Source of the DNA: a candidate division WOR-3 bacterium UBA3073
GTDB lineage: Bacteria; Hydrothermota; UBA3073
NCBI GenBank assembly: GCA_002366725.1
Contig: DFBT01000076.1
Coordinates: 1-49,047, forward strand
Length of the DNA: 49,047 nt
Reading direction: 5' to 3'
This document shows, in pieces, positions 1 through 8,540 of the stretch. The notes under the pieces are model-generated. The model was not told the DNA's origin, searched no databases, and saw only the letters and a list, made by a program, of their open reading frames with translations. The first letter of the stretch is position 1; each line of letters begins with the position of its first letter. A program made the position numbers and the translations under genes.

Positions 1-122
1 GACATTTTCATAGCTGACCCCATTAGCACAGCGGGTTCCCCGACTTCAAAGGCATAACCCCCCGTCAATTTAGGATAGTCTTTGTCTATCGTCCCGCCGG
101 TTTGGATAAATGTGATTTTCAT
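1..122 (-). CDS. partial CDS (N-terminus only, continues past window start): asparaginase-family-like protein
   Basis: Not in the ORF track (<60 aa in window). The reverse-strand ATG at 122 gives MKITFIQTGGTIDKDYPKLTGGYAFEVGEPAVLMGSAMKM. TGGTI resembles the asparaginase nucleophile motif. AGAGG lies ~12 nt upstream. Confidence 0.35.
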   Translation of the reverse strand, partial: MKITFIQTGGTIDKDYPKLTGGYAFEVGEPAVLMGSAMKM

Positions 123-284
123 ATGAGCTACAAACCTCTACATTATCAAGGTAACTTGCTCCTTAAGCGGGCTCACGGCTGGTTCATATCCACAAAAGTC
201 CGCTCACAGGTATATACTTCCAATAGCTGACTGCACCGGGGTTAACTATAAGTTGTAAATCCCCGGTAAACCTCACGACCAAAT

Positions 285-313
285 ATTATACCCCAGAATT
301 TCCTTTTTATCAA
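285..313 (-). promoter_or_regulatory. sigma70-type promoter candidate (TTGATA-17-TATAAT)
   Basis: The reverse strand reads TTGATA aaaaggaaattctgggg TATAAT. It lies between the TauE stop (353) and the partial CDS starting at 122. Confidence 0.45.
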
Positions 314-352
314 GTCAAAAATCCCGTGGACAAAGGGGACACTTCGATTGGA

Positions 353-1102
353 TTATTGTTTCTGCAGAAAAATCCTAATGGAGCATAAAATCATAAAAAT
401 CCCAAAAATGGCTTTCAAGGTAACTGAAGGCAATCTATTTGCAACAATAGCCCCAAAAAATGCTCCAACTAATGATGTGGGCATTAAGAATTTTATTGCC
501 TCGGTATTTATGCTATTAAATTTCTTGTGAAACATAGCTCCCGCAAAGGTAGTTGGCAAAATAACCGTTAATGAGGTGGCAATAGCTTCGTGCATTGACA
601 ACCCAAAAAATAGATTTAGCGCTGGAACCATTATTACACCTCCACCTATACCAAATAAAGCAGAGGCTGAACCAACAATCAACCCCAAAATTATTAAAAG
701 AGGATATATATTGATATTTGAAATCGGTTCGGTCGGGATATTTACTATGCCTGTTAGTTTTAATCCCACAAACAAGAGCAGCAAAGCAAATGACCTCCTT
801 AATATTTTACTACTCATCTTTACCATTAATTTCGCACCAAACCTTGAGCCGACAATCGAACCCATAACAACAAATAATACGATGAGGAATTTGATATTGC
901 CACTTTTTATGATATAGTGTGTCACTACTCCAACAAGAGCAGCGGAAACTATCGTCGCCAAAGAAGTACCGATGGTTTTTTTAATTTCATAATCAAATAA
1001 AAGCATCAATGCGGGAACTATAATTACTCCCCCACCAATGCCCAAAGAGGCGCTACAAAATCCTGCGATGATACCCAAGACTAACAAATTAAAATTTTTC
1101 AC
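353..1102 (-). CDS. TauE/SafE (DUF81) family anion exporter membrane protein
   Basis: 249 aa, multi-TM, with duplicated glycine-rich motifs LGIGGGVIIVPAL and FGIGGGVIMVPAL typical of the two-halves TauE/SafE fold. GTG start preceded by AAGGGGA. Confidence 0.85.
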   Translation of the reverse strand: MKNFNLLVLGIIAGFCSASLGIGGGVIIVPALMLLFDYEIKKTIGTSLATIVSAALVGVVTHYIIKSGNIKFLIVLFVVMGSIVGSRFGAKLMVKMSSKILRRSFALLLLFVGLKLTGIVNIPTEPISNINIYPLLIILGLIVGSASALFGIGGGVIMVPALNLFFGLSMHEAIATSLTVILPTTFAGAMFHKKFNSINTEAIKFLMPTSLVGAFFGAIVANRLPSVTLKAIFGIFMILCSIRIFLQKQ

Positions 1103-1167
1103 TCTATCCCCTTCTATAAATAAAGACCCTTCGATATTTCCAAATCCAATATCGATAAGATATTATA

Positions 1168-1183
1168 ACGGCGTAAACGCCGT
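1168..1183 (-). terminator. short perfect hairpin downstream of the PLP-enzyme gene (weak terminator candidate)
   Basis: ACGGCG taaa CGCCGT has a 6-bp stem and 4-nt loop. On the reverse strand it is followed by the T-rich TATAATATCTTAT. There is no clean U-tract. Confidence 0.3.
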
Positions 1184-1284
1184 CACTCCATTAAATTGAG
1201 AGACAGATGCAGAAAGAAAAAAACAATAAAAAAGAGAGAAGTTTATGAGTAAAGGAAGTGGGCTTTGTCCCCGAGCGGGTGCGC

Positions 1285-2379
1285 TCATCTGTCAAGTGGT
1301 TGCACCTCTTCTTCAAAATAACGATGAAGGCATTTGGGCAGCCGCCGATAATCAACTGTCTTTATGACATCTGTGAAATCCCTGGAGTTATAGGTGTTCC
1401 AGAATAGAACTACCTTGCCTTCCAAATGGTGTTTCTCCGCATCATCTATGAGGGCGGCAAATGCCTTCCCCGTATAAGTCCCCTCCAACTTCATCCCCTC
1501 ACTTCTCTCCATGCGGGCAACGGCTTCCATTCCCTCCTCGGTGAAGAGCGCGTATCGCCGTCCAAAAAAGCCGTGTCTGATATCTATATCCCTCCCGGAA
1601 AATTCAAATTTGGAAAAGGACGGGTCACGGGAGTGAAGGAAGGCGTTTGTTTTGTGAAAGAGTTTGACCATTTTTTTTGCGTTGGCAATCTTCTCGTCAA
1701 CCACCCGCACAGAGACCACCCGACTTCTGAGGTCGGCAGCCTTTAGCCCGAGCATCAGCCCCACCGCCGTGCCCATGGTACCCAGAGCTACATAAATGCA
1801 ATCGGGCTCGGGTATTTCCTCCTCCAAGAGCTGTCTTTTTAGTTCGAACGCCGCATTGACAAAACCGGTCACCCCGAGGGGCGAAGAACCACCGGAGGGA
1901 ATGACCAGGGGAAAACATCCCTCTCTCAGCCTATGCCGCAGAAGTTGATAAATGGATCCCAATGCACGGAATTGCATATTACGATAATGGTGAAGTTCTG
2001 CCCCGCAATAATAACTCATAAGGAGATTGCGGTGGACATAGTGAGCATTGGGCTGTGGTTTCAGCATAGAGATACTCTTAAGTCCCACCCGTTGTGCATA
2101 AATGGCAGTGGCGAGGGCGTGATTGGAGCCCGCAGCGCCAAAAGTCAAAACCTCCTTTGCATTGGCGCGCAGCGCACGACCCAGGAGAAACTCCAACTTC
2201 CGTATCTTGTTTCCCCCGTAGACCCCACCACTCAGGCTATCCTGCTTTATATAAAGACGGTCCAGACCAAGATCGCCACCCAATCGATCGAGCTTCTCCA
2301 CGGGAGTGGGAAATTCACCCAGAGAAATATGGGGAAGTCTCTCCCCCAGCAGGGGATAATACCCAAATAATGGAATCAT
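1285..2379 (-). CDS. 1-aminocyclopropane-1-carboxylate deaminase / D-cysteine desulfhydrase family PLP-dependent enzyme
   Basis: GGNKIRKLEFLL motif (PLP-lysine region of this family), and length ~365 aa. The ORF-track start at 2388 is TTG. I prefer the ATG at 2379, which is preceded by GGGAG. Confidence 0.85.
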   Translation of the reverse strand: MIPLFGYYPLLGERLPHISLGEFPTPVEKLDRLGGDLGLDRLYIKQDSLSGGVYGGNKIRKLEFLLGRALRANAKEVLTFGAAGSNHALATAIYAQRVGLKSISMLKPQPNAHYVHRNLLMSYYCGAELHHYRNMQFRALGSIYQLLRHRLREGCFPLVIPSGGSSPLGVTGFVNAAFELKRQLLEEEIPEPDCIYVALGTMGTAVGLMLGLKAADLRSRVVSVRVVDEKIANAKKMVKLFHKTNAFLHSRDPSFSKFEFSGRDIDIRHGFFGRRYALFTEEGMEAVARMERSEGMKLEGTYTGKAFAALIDDAEKHHLEGKVVLFWNTYNSRDFTDVIKTVDYRRLPKCLHRYFEEEVQPLDR

Positions 2380-2472
2380 CTGCGACAAACTCCCATTTAA
2401 TGCTCAATATCCGCCCGTATGGAAAACATTTCGGCAGCTGGAGCTCAAAATTTGCATCCGTCCCAAAAGAGG

Positions 2473-3024
2473 TTACCAGCCAAAATTTAGGGAAAAACCC
2501 ACCAAAACAGGGAAATCACTGAAATCGATAACCTTGATGTTGTCGGTTGTCTTGTTGCTGTAAATGTACTTGCCTTCAACATAGAGCCCTACCTTCCAGA
2601 ATACCTTGATGTTGATTCCACCGACGAGGTCAAACAGGATACCCCTCTCCCTGGCATCGGGGTCCCCGATTTTGGGGACATAGAGTACGCCAACACCGCC
2701 TCCAAGCCAAACATCTGACTTCCACCGTTCTCTAATCACCGGTGCCTTGTAGAGCACATTAGTTACAACTAAGCCGGCTATTTCATAAGGAAAGGTTGGA
2801 TCGGGGGACTTTGTGTAGTACTCGTAGGAAATCGAAATGGCAATGGGACGCTCATCCATCTTGACATCCAGAGCAAGTTGGCCACCACCTACTATTCCAT
2901 CCGAAGCTCGATGGTCACGAAATCCACCCTGACTTAATAATCGCAGTGTAACATCGACGGCTTGAGCATTGGAAAAGGTACCCAGGGTCAGTATGGCAAC
3001 TGCCGCAACAAGAAACTTTTTCAT
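2473..3024 (-). CDS. small outer-membrane beta-barrel protein (OmpW/OmpA-like porin family)
   Basis: Signal peptide MKKFLVAAVAILTLGTFSNAQA, an alternating hydrophobic strand pattern, and an aromatic C-terminus SLNFGW. GGAGG lies 8 nt before the ATG at 3024. Confidence 0.6.
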   Translation of the reverse strand: MKKFLVAAVAILTLGTFSNAQAVDVTLRLLSQGGFRDHRASDGIVGGGQLALDVKMDERPIAISISYEYYTKSPDPTFPYEIAGLVVTNVLYKAPVIRERWKSDVWLGGGVGVLYVPKIGDPDARERGILFDLVGGINIKVFWKVGLYVEGKYIYSNKTTDNIKVIDFSDFPVLVGFSLNFGW

Positions 3025-3070
3025 CTGAAACACCTCCGTCTCTCATCTAAATTTCTTTTTTTATGGGATA

Positions 3071-3128
3071 ACCACGGACTAACACGGAAAAAGATTGATT
3101 CAGTGTAATTCCGTGAGGTTCCGTGGTT
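3071..3128. repeat. imperfect inverted repeat built from CACGGAA units; intergenic repeat family 1
   Basis: The left arm ACCACGGACTAACACGGAA pairs with the right arm TTCCGTGAGGTTCCGTGG. The reverse complement of 3103-3126 matches 11928-11951 at 23 of 24 positions. Confidence 0.7.
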
Positions 3129-3253
3129 GGCTGTTGAAAGAGATTGCTTCGCCGTGTCCCTCGTTTGCACTCGGGACAAGGCTCGCGATGACAGGTGTCC
3201 TCTTCTCTGTCATCACTAAAGTTTAGGACAATCAAAAATTTAAAAAGAAGTAT

Positions 3254-3285
3254 AAAAGCGGGGCCGGGGGAGCCAACCCCGGTGA
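3254..3285 (-). terminator. rho-independent terminator candidate after the 3295-3777 gene
   Basis: The reverse strand reads CACCGGGGTTGGCTCCCCCGGCCCCGCTTTTATACTTCTTTTT: a GC stem (CCGGGG/CCCCGG or CGGGG/CCCCG) followed by T-runs. Confidence 0.45.
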
Positions 3286-3294
3286 CTAACCGGA

Positions 3295-3777
3295 TTATTC
3301 TTTCTCAGCCCATTCTCTCAGGGCAGTTTTAATCTTTTCTTCGATCTTTTTAGCTATTTCTTCCCACTCCCTTTCTTTTTCCTCCTTTTCGGTTTCGTCA
3401 AACCAGGCTTTAACTCCACTGTGCACCCTTTCCTCGATCTTGTTACCGATCTCATCCCAGTCATATCTTTTGTGTCTTCGCCTCGTTCTGTGAATACGAA
3501 TGCCGCCGCCCACCGATATGAACAGTCCTATCAAGAAACCCAAATTGTAAGGCCAACCCGTGTTGTTAACTTCATATAGACCAACTTTACTTGTGAACAG
3601 GCTTACAATAAAGGTAATAACAATAATTATTCCGTGCCATATTCCCGCCCAGAACCCCGCCTTTTGGTCGGGATTGATTACCTGGTCCCAGCGTTCATTG
3701 CCGGGCGCACAACTCAAGCACATTAAAGCCACGACTAAAATGAGCCCCAGCGCCACATATCGTTTGTTCATGGACAT
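3295..3777 (-). CDS. membrane protein of unknown function (possible lipoprotein) with a charged E/K-rich C-terminal tail
   Basis: AGGAGG SD before the ATG at 3777 (the track start at 3831 has no SD). N-terminal hydrophobic signal ending LSC, two further TM segments, then a tail ...EKEEKEREWEEIAKKIEEKIK. No family recognised. Confidence 0.55.
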   Translation of the reverse strand: MSMNKRYVALGLILVVALMCLSCAPGNERWDQVINPDQKAGFWAGIWHGIIIVITFIVSLFTSKVGLYEVNNTGWPYNLGFLIGLFISVGGGIRIHRTRRRHKRYDWDEIGNKIEERVHSGVKAWFDETEKEEKEREWEEIAKKIEEKIKTALREWAEKE

Positions 3778-3999
3778 AATCCCTCCTTTTTTCGGTTGCG
3801 GTATTGTCAAAAATCCAACCACAGAGAGCACAGAGGATTACAGAGTAATAAAGAATCGCATGAGATTTTTGCCCCTCCACCGCCTTGTCGGGAGTAAACA
3901 GGTCTTCTCTTCGCTTGTCTTTTTTATTACATCGTGGCCTGCCACATGCAATATGTTTTTTCTATTCAATGGGGTAAAGTGTGAAACTACCTATCTTGC

Positions 4000-4028
4000 A
4001 TTTTACCACACATTCTATAAAATGTCAA
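4000..4028 (-). promoter_or_regulatory. sigma70-type promoter (TTGACA-17-TAAAAT)
   Basis: The reverse strand reads TTGACA ttttatagaatgtgtgg TAAAAT. It shares a near-identical 30-bp cassette with the promoters at 7477-7505 and 8541-8569. Confidence 0.6.
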
Positions 4029-4062
4029 GTTTTTTTGGGAAGCTCACCGGTAAGTTATTTTA

Positions 4063-4087
4063 TAATCTCAAGATCCGTAGGGACGGG
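4063..4087. repeat. intergenic repeat family 2 (half copy)
   Basis: TAATCTCAAGATCCGTAGGGACGGG matches 17027-17051 (TAATCTCAAGATCCGTATGGACAGG) at 23 of 25 positions in the same orientation. Confidence 0.65.
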
Positions 4088-4172
4088 AACTTAGATGAGA
4101 ATTAAATGAGAATTTTAAAACTCCCCGATAATTCAAACTACTCCCGTTTTAAGCGAATGGTATACGGGTTTT

Positions 4173-4832
4173 TTAACGGTGCCGGGTATGCGTGTTGTAA
4201 ACCGCATCCCAGTACATATATTCGTATCTGCTCGCAGTTATAAATGTCGTCTTTAATTTTTTATATTGAAAATCCTCGCCCGCTTTATCCACGAGCCCCC
4301 TCATTTTCCCAACCAACTTTAGGTAGGATTCTGATAAGTATACTGAAGCCCACTCCGTATATAACCTGTTCCCATTTTCTCTCAATTTATCTCTGTGGAA
4401 CTCAGCAATTTCGGCATAGGACCAGAAACAGGGAAGCACGGATGTAATGGATTCCGCATAAGATTTTAATGAACTCGTTGAGAGGAGAAAACTCGTATAG
4501 GATGTATTCACGGGAATGGGCTCAACATTGACGGCGTCCTCTATCGTACAACCGAGCTTTCCAAGAAACTCTTCGTAACCTTTAAACTCACTCTCCGACT
4601 CGAGATACAATATCTCTATGACCTCTCTCATGGCATCTACAGAGTCCGCCCTGGAAGATATTATACCGAAATTTCTTATGGCAGAGACGAGATAATTGTA
4701 GTCCTGAAGGACATAAAATTTGAATTTGTCCATCGGTAAAGTACCGGCATATAGTTCCACCACAAATGGATGCTCAATTATCCTCTTCCATATGTTGTCT
4801 GCGTCCCTTCTCAGCCTCTCCGAAACCTTCAT
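4173..4832 (-). CDS. tenA: TenA/thiaminase II family aminopyrimidine aminohydrolase
   Basis: HPFVVELYAGTLPMDKFKFYVLQDYNYL near the N-terminus is typical of TenA. Its ATG overlaps the thiD stop (ATGA). Confidence 0.85.
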   Translation of the reverse strand: MKVSERLRRDADNIWKRIIEHPFVVELYAGTLPMDKFKFYVLQDYNYLVSAIRNFGIISSRADSVDAMREVIEILYLESESEFKGYEEFLGKLGCTIEDAVNVEPIPVNTSYTSFLLSTSSLKSYAESITSVLPCFWSYAEIAEFHRDKLRENGNRLYTEWASVYLSESYLKLVGKMRGLVDKAGEDFQYKKLKTTFITASRYEYMYWDAVYNTHTRHR

Positions 4833-6295
4833 GGTTTTCTCCCCCGAATAACTATGTAATCTCCCCTCTCATATCCCTCCACCGGTTCTTCTATTTCGTC
4901 ATTTGTATATCTGGGATGTTTGGTGAGGGTTTGCACATATTTTAAGTCAACGAAACCGGCACCCTCTAACAAATTGGTGACTTCCTCCGTGGACCGCCAA
5001 TGAGTTTCCTTAATAAATTTAAGCGGATAAGGATATTTCGGGGCAGTTTTGGGGTCGTGCTTTCCCCTGAGATAAGCCAGATCGTACATCATCGCATAAG
5101 AACCTTCCCTTGCCAGAAATGAAACGACAATATGTCCACCGTGTTTTAGGATGCGATATGCCTCCCTCACCGCTTTTTCGGGGTTGCCTACATAGCTGAG
5201 AATGGTGCTCAGCAAAGCCGTGTCAAATCTCCCGTCTTCAAAGGGAACTTCTTCTGCGGTTCCGATTTTTACCTTAATCCCCCCCTTTTCCGCCAATTTA
5301 GCCATCTCTTTTGAGGGTTCTACCCCGTACTCAATACCCAACCTCGATGCAAATAATCCACTTCCAACTCCGATACTGACTGAATTCTCGGGGTTGGGTA
5401 AAAAGTGCTTTTCCGCCAAAAGTTCAGATTCAAAAACAACTTTGTTCTTGTCAAACCAACTATCAAAATCCCCGGCGGCTTCCTCAAAAGCGGAAACCTC
5501 AAACGGTCTAATGTTGTGATATAAGGGTCCGTGCCCACCTCCTATGTCGGTCGGCGCATTCCTTATCGCCCTCGTAATGTAATCCTTCGCCACCTTTATC
5601 GCATCGTGAACACCCATTCCCCTGGATAATCCGGCAGTTATCGCCGCTGAAAAAGTGCAGCCCGTTCCGTGCGTATTCTCCGTATCGACCCTCTCCGATT
5701 CGTAAAAATCGAAATCCCTTCCATCGAAGAGAATATCAATCGCCCTTTCTCCCGAAAGGTGACCCCCCTTCAAAAGAACGAATTTTACTCCCCTTTCCCG
5801 GATGAGCCTCGCTGATTTTTTGGCATCCTCGATACCCCCTATTTCTGTGCCGCTGAGTATCTCCGCCTCAAAGACATTCGGGGTTACGAGAAAAGCCACG
5901 GGCAGTAGTTTCTCTGTGAGTGCGCTTTCGGCGTTCTCTCTCAAGAGACGAGCACCACTTTTCGCAACCATAACGGGGTCCACCACCAACTTCTCTATCC
6001 TGTATTTTTTAACCCTGTCCACGACCATCCCTATTATATCCTTATTTGAGACCATTCCAGTCTTTGCCGCATCTGTCCCGATATCTTCCATTATCATATC
6101 GATCTGATCCCCGACAACATCAGGAGGTATATCGCGGATAGAACGCACCCCTAAAGTATTCTGCGATGTGACTGATGTCACCACTGACATTCCGAAGACA
6201 TTAAATGCCTGAAAGGTTTTTAAATCAGCCTGTATACCGGCTCCGCCTCCAGAATCAGAGCCCGCTATAGTTAGGGCTTTGCCTTCGTAATTCAT
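4829..6295 (-). CDS. thiD: bifunctional HMP/HMP-P kinase ThiD fused to a C-terminal class I SAM-dependent methyltransferase domain
   Basis: The N-terminal ~270 aa carry LTIAGSDSGGGAGIQADLKTF and GTGCTFSAAITAGL (ThiD). The C-terminal ~200 aa carry VSIGVGSGLF, FDTALLSTIL and LKHGGHIVVSF (MTase motifs I, II, III). The ATG at 6295 follows GGAGAGGAGGA; the track start at 6310 is TTG. Confidence 0.85.
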   Translation of the reverse strand: MNYEGKALTIAGSDSGGGAGIQADLKTFQAFNVFGMSVVTSVTSQNTLGVRSIRDIPPDVVGDQIDMIMEDIGTDAAKTGMVSNKDIIGMVVDRVKKYRIEKLVVDPVMVAKSGARLLRENAESALTEKLLPVAFLVTPNVFEAEILSGTEIGGIEDAKKSARLIRERGVKFVLLKGGHLSGERAIDILFDGRDFDFYESERVDTENTHGTGCTFSAAITAGLSRGMGVHDAIKVAKDYITRAIRNAPTDIGGGHGPLYHNIRPFEVSAFEEAAGDFDSWFDKNKVVFESELLAEKHFLPNPENSVSIGVGSGLFASRLGIEYGVEPSKEMAKLAEKGGIKVKIGTAEEVPFEDGRFDTALLSTILSYVGNPEKAVREAYRILKHGGHIVVSFLAREGSYAMMYDLAYLRGKHDPKTAPKYPYPLKFIKETHWRSTEEVTNLLEGAGFVDLKYVQTLTKHPRYTNDEIEEPVEGYERGDYIVIRGRKP

Positions 6296-6339
6296 TCCTC
6301 CTCTCCTCAAGACAGAAAAACGCCCGTAAAGAATTAAAT

Positions 6340-7392
6340 CTACGCCACGGTTATCTCCTCGGCAAGATATACATCCTGTATCGCATTAAATATCTCTATT
6401 CCTTCCTCTATTGGCTTTTGGAATGTTTTTCTTCCCGATATGAGCCCCATTCCCCCGGCCCTCTTGTTTATTACCGCCGTTTTCACAACCTGTTGCAAAT
6501 CGCTCTTACCCGAGGGCCCACCGGAATTAATTAATCCGATTCGTCCCATATAACAGTTTGCCACCTGATATCGGGTTAAATCTATCGGGTGGTCCGATGT
6601 TAATCTTTCATATACGAAAGGATGAGTTTTGCCGAATTTCAACGCAATATATCCTCTGTTAGTTGTCGGCTGTTTCTGCTTAACGATGTCAGCCTCTATT
6701 GTAACCCCAAGATGATTTGCCTGCCCCGTCAAATCGGCAGATGTGTGATAATCAACCCCGTTTTTTTTAAATGCCGCATTTCTCAAATAACACCAGAGAA
6801 CGGTGAACATGCCGAGTTCATGCGCCTGCCCAAAGGCCCACGACACCTCTTCTATCTGTCTGCGGGATTCCTGTGAACCAAAATAGACGGTTGCGCCAAC
6901 TCCCACCGCACCCATGTCAAATGCCTGCTGGACCGAGGCAAAAAGCCTCTGGTCATAAGAGTTCGGATAGGAGAGGAGTTCATTGTGGTTTATCTTCAGG
7001 ATGAATGGGACCTTGTGGGCATATTTTCTCGAAACCGCTCCCAATACTCCCAGTGTTGAAGTAACGGCATTACATCCCCCCTCAATGGCGAGTCTCACTA
7101 TATTCTCGGGGTCGAAATATATGGGATTGGGCGCAAAAGAAGCGCCCGCCGAGTGCTCTATGCCCTGATCGACCGGGAGTATGGAAAGGTATCCCGTGCC
7201 CGCCAGTCTTCCGTGATTGAAAACCGTTTGTAAATTTCTCAAGACGGCGTTTCCTCTGTCCGACATACCAAATATCCTGTCCACAAAATCAGGTCCCGGA
7301 AGATGAAGATTATCTTTAGAGATCGTACGACACTCATGCTCCAATAAATATTGAGCTTCTTCACCCAGAATTTCAGCTATTTTTCCCACCAT
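6340..7392 (-). CDS. fbaB: class I fructose-bisphosphate aldolase (FbaB/DhnA type)
   Basis: 350 aa and colinear with E. coli FbaB by eye: [65 protein letters not shown]. Confidence 0.95.
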   Translation of the reverse strand: MVGKIAEILGEEAQYLLEHECRTISKDNLHLPGPDFVDRIFGMSDRGNAVLRNLQTVFNHGRLAGTGYLSILPVDQGIEHSAGASFAPNPIYFDPENIVRLAIEGGCNAVTSTLGVLGAVSRKYAHKVPFILKINHNELLSYPNSYDQRLFASVQQAFDMGAVGVGATVYFGSQESRRQIEEVSWAFGQAHELGMFTVLWCYLRNAAFKKNGVDYHTSADLTGQANHLGVTIEADIVKQKQPTTNRGYIALKFGKTHPFVYERLTSDHPIDLTRYQVANCYMGRIGLINSGGPSGKSDLQQVVKTAVINKRAGGMGLISGRKTFQKPIEEGIEIFNAIQDVYLAEEITVA

Positions 7393-7476
7393 AAGACCTC
7401 CTCCTCATTAAGAATCCTTCGATTTTTACGCCTTAGATAAATTCTTCTCACCATCTGTTACAAACTCAATCTCGTA

Positions 7477-7505
7477 ATTTTACCACCAATTTGACAAAAA
7501 GTCAA
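7477..7505 (-). promoter_or_regulatory. sigma70-type promoter (TTGACT-17-TAAAAT) for fbaB-thiD-tenA
   Basis: The reverse strand reads TTGACT ttttgtcaaattggtgg TAAAAT. An A-rich tract lies upstream (7506-7570). Confidence 0.6.
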
Positions 7506-7579
7506 GAACTTTTTTGACCTTTACCCCTTCCTTTTTACTTTTTCCTTTTTACTTTTACCTTTTTATTTGGCCTTCGGTC

Positions 7580-8452
7580 TTATCTCATTTCCTCTCTCTT
7601 TGATAAGTAGTATATCCCCACAAAAAGTAAGAAAATTCCCATGATTTGCATCGTCGAGAGTAATTCACCCAAAACAAAGAAAGCTAAAATAGCCGCAAAG
7701 AAGGGTGTGGATAACTCGAGAGCGGATACCTGTGCCGCCTTCAAACGTTTCAACCCCTCGTAATATAGAATAGTCCCAGTTCCGGTAGTGACCCCCACCA
7801 AAATTTGATAGATATTTCTAATACCGATTGTGGAAGTTGAAATCAAGTAAATCACAAATACCACAGATGCAAATAAAAATCTGTAGAAGGTAACAACACC
7901 CGCATTCATACCCCTGAGATACTTTCTCATTGCTATGGCGGTTGTTGCCCACGCAATCGTTGCCGATAAAACCAACAGGTCTCCAAAAGTTCCAAGTCGG
8001 AGTGCTGCCAAATTCGCCGGCGTTTTGGTCGTCACAAGTAATCCGGATATTATCATAAAAGAAACTCCCACATAGTCGAACTTTGTCAATCTATCTCCTT
8101 TGAGAACCAAAAACCCGATCAAGATGATGAAAATTGGCTGCATGTGTCCGATCAACACCGCATTAATTACGGGGACCCGTGTTAAAGCAAAAAAATACAT
8201 GAGGTCCGCGAAAATTGTTCCAACTATCGCCACATAGAGCAATGCAGAAAGCTGCTGCCTGTTTATTCTGAGATTTGCTCTGTTGGTCATCGCCGCATAA
8301 GCCAACGCCGTCAGTGTTCCAAAGACCGCCCTTATTGCCGAAGTTTGAAGGAAATCCGAATTTCGATACGATAATTTTGCAAATATGGGTTCTATTGCCC
8401 ACATTATGCTGGCGAATAATACCGATAAAACTCCGATGCGTTTATTATTCAT
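7580..8452 (-). CDS. DMT superfamily (EamA-type) transporter
   Basis: 290 aa with ~10 TM segments in two EamA-like halves. Confidence 0.85.
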   Translation of the reverse strand: MNNKRIGVLSVLFASIMWAIEPIFAKLSYRNSDFLQTSAIRAVFGTLTALAYAAMTNRANLRINRQQLSALLYVAIVGTIFADLMYFFALTRVPVINAVLIGHMQPIFIILIGFLVLKGDRLTKFDYVGVSFMIISGLLVTTKTPANLAALRLGTFGDLLVLSATIAWATTAIAMRKYLRGMNAGVVTFYRFLFASVVFVIYLISTSTIGIRNIYQILVGVTTGTGTILYYEGLKRLKAAQVSALELSTPFFAAILAFFVLGELLSTMQIMGIFLLFVGIYYLSKREEMR

Positions 8453-8481
8453 AAATTATAAGCGCTCACCTCACCCTGAAT

Positions 8482-8530
8482 CTAACAAACTATCTAACTA
8501 ACAAACTAACAAACCAACAAACTATCTAAC
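8482..8530. repeat. low-complexity tandem-like repeat (CTAACAAA-type units) in the transporter leader
   Basis: CTAACAAACTATCTAACTAACAAACTAACAAACCAACAAACTATCTAAC lies between the -10 box (8541) and the start codon (8452). Confidence 0.6.
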
Positions 8531-8540
8531 ATCTGGAATT

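Noticed and set aside
3047-3235. 62-aa Cys-containing ORF (..CHREPCPECKRG..).
   Set aside because: It lies entirely within the structured CACGGAA repeat and hairpin region, has no SD, and its sequence is dictated by the inverted repeats.
4033-4044. 12-mer TTTTGGGAAGCT shared with 8588-8599, both near promoters.
   Set aside because: Exact 12-mer matches are expected many times by chance in a 49-kb window on two strands. The spacing to the -35 box also differs between the two sites.
4120-4172. Hairpin CCCGT..ACGGG followed by TTTTTT on the plus strand, downstream of tenA.
   Set aside because: The U-tract is on the wrong strand for the minus-strand tenA transcript and no plus-strand gene precedes it. 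At best this is a weak bidirectional structure.
6296-6340. Expected TPP riboswitch upstream of thiD/tenA.
   Set aside because: Only ~45 nt are available and they contain just the SD. No THI-box-like CUGAGA or ACCUGA elements are seen.
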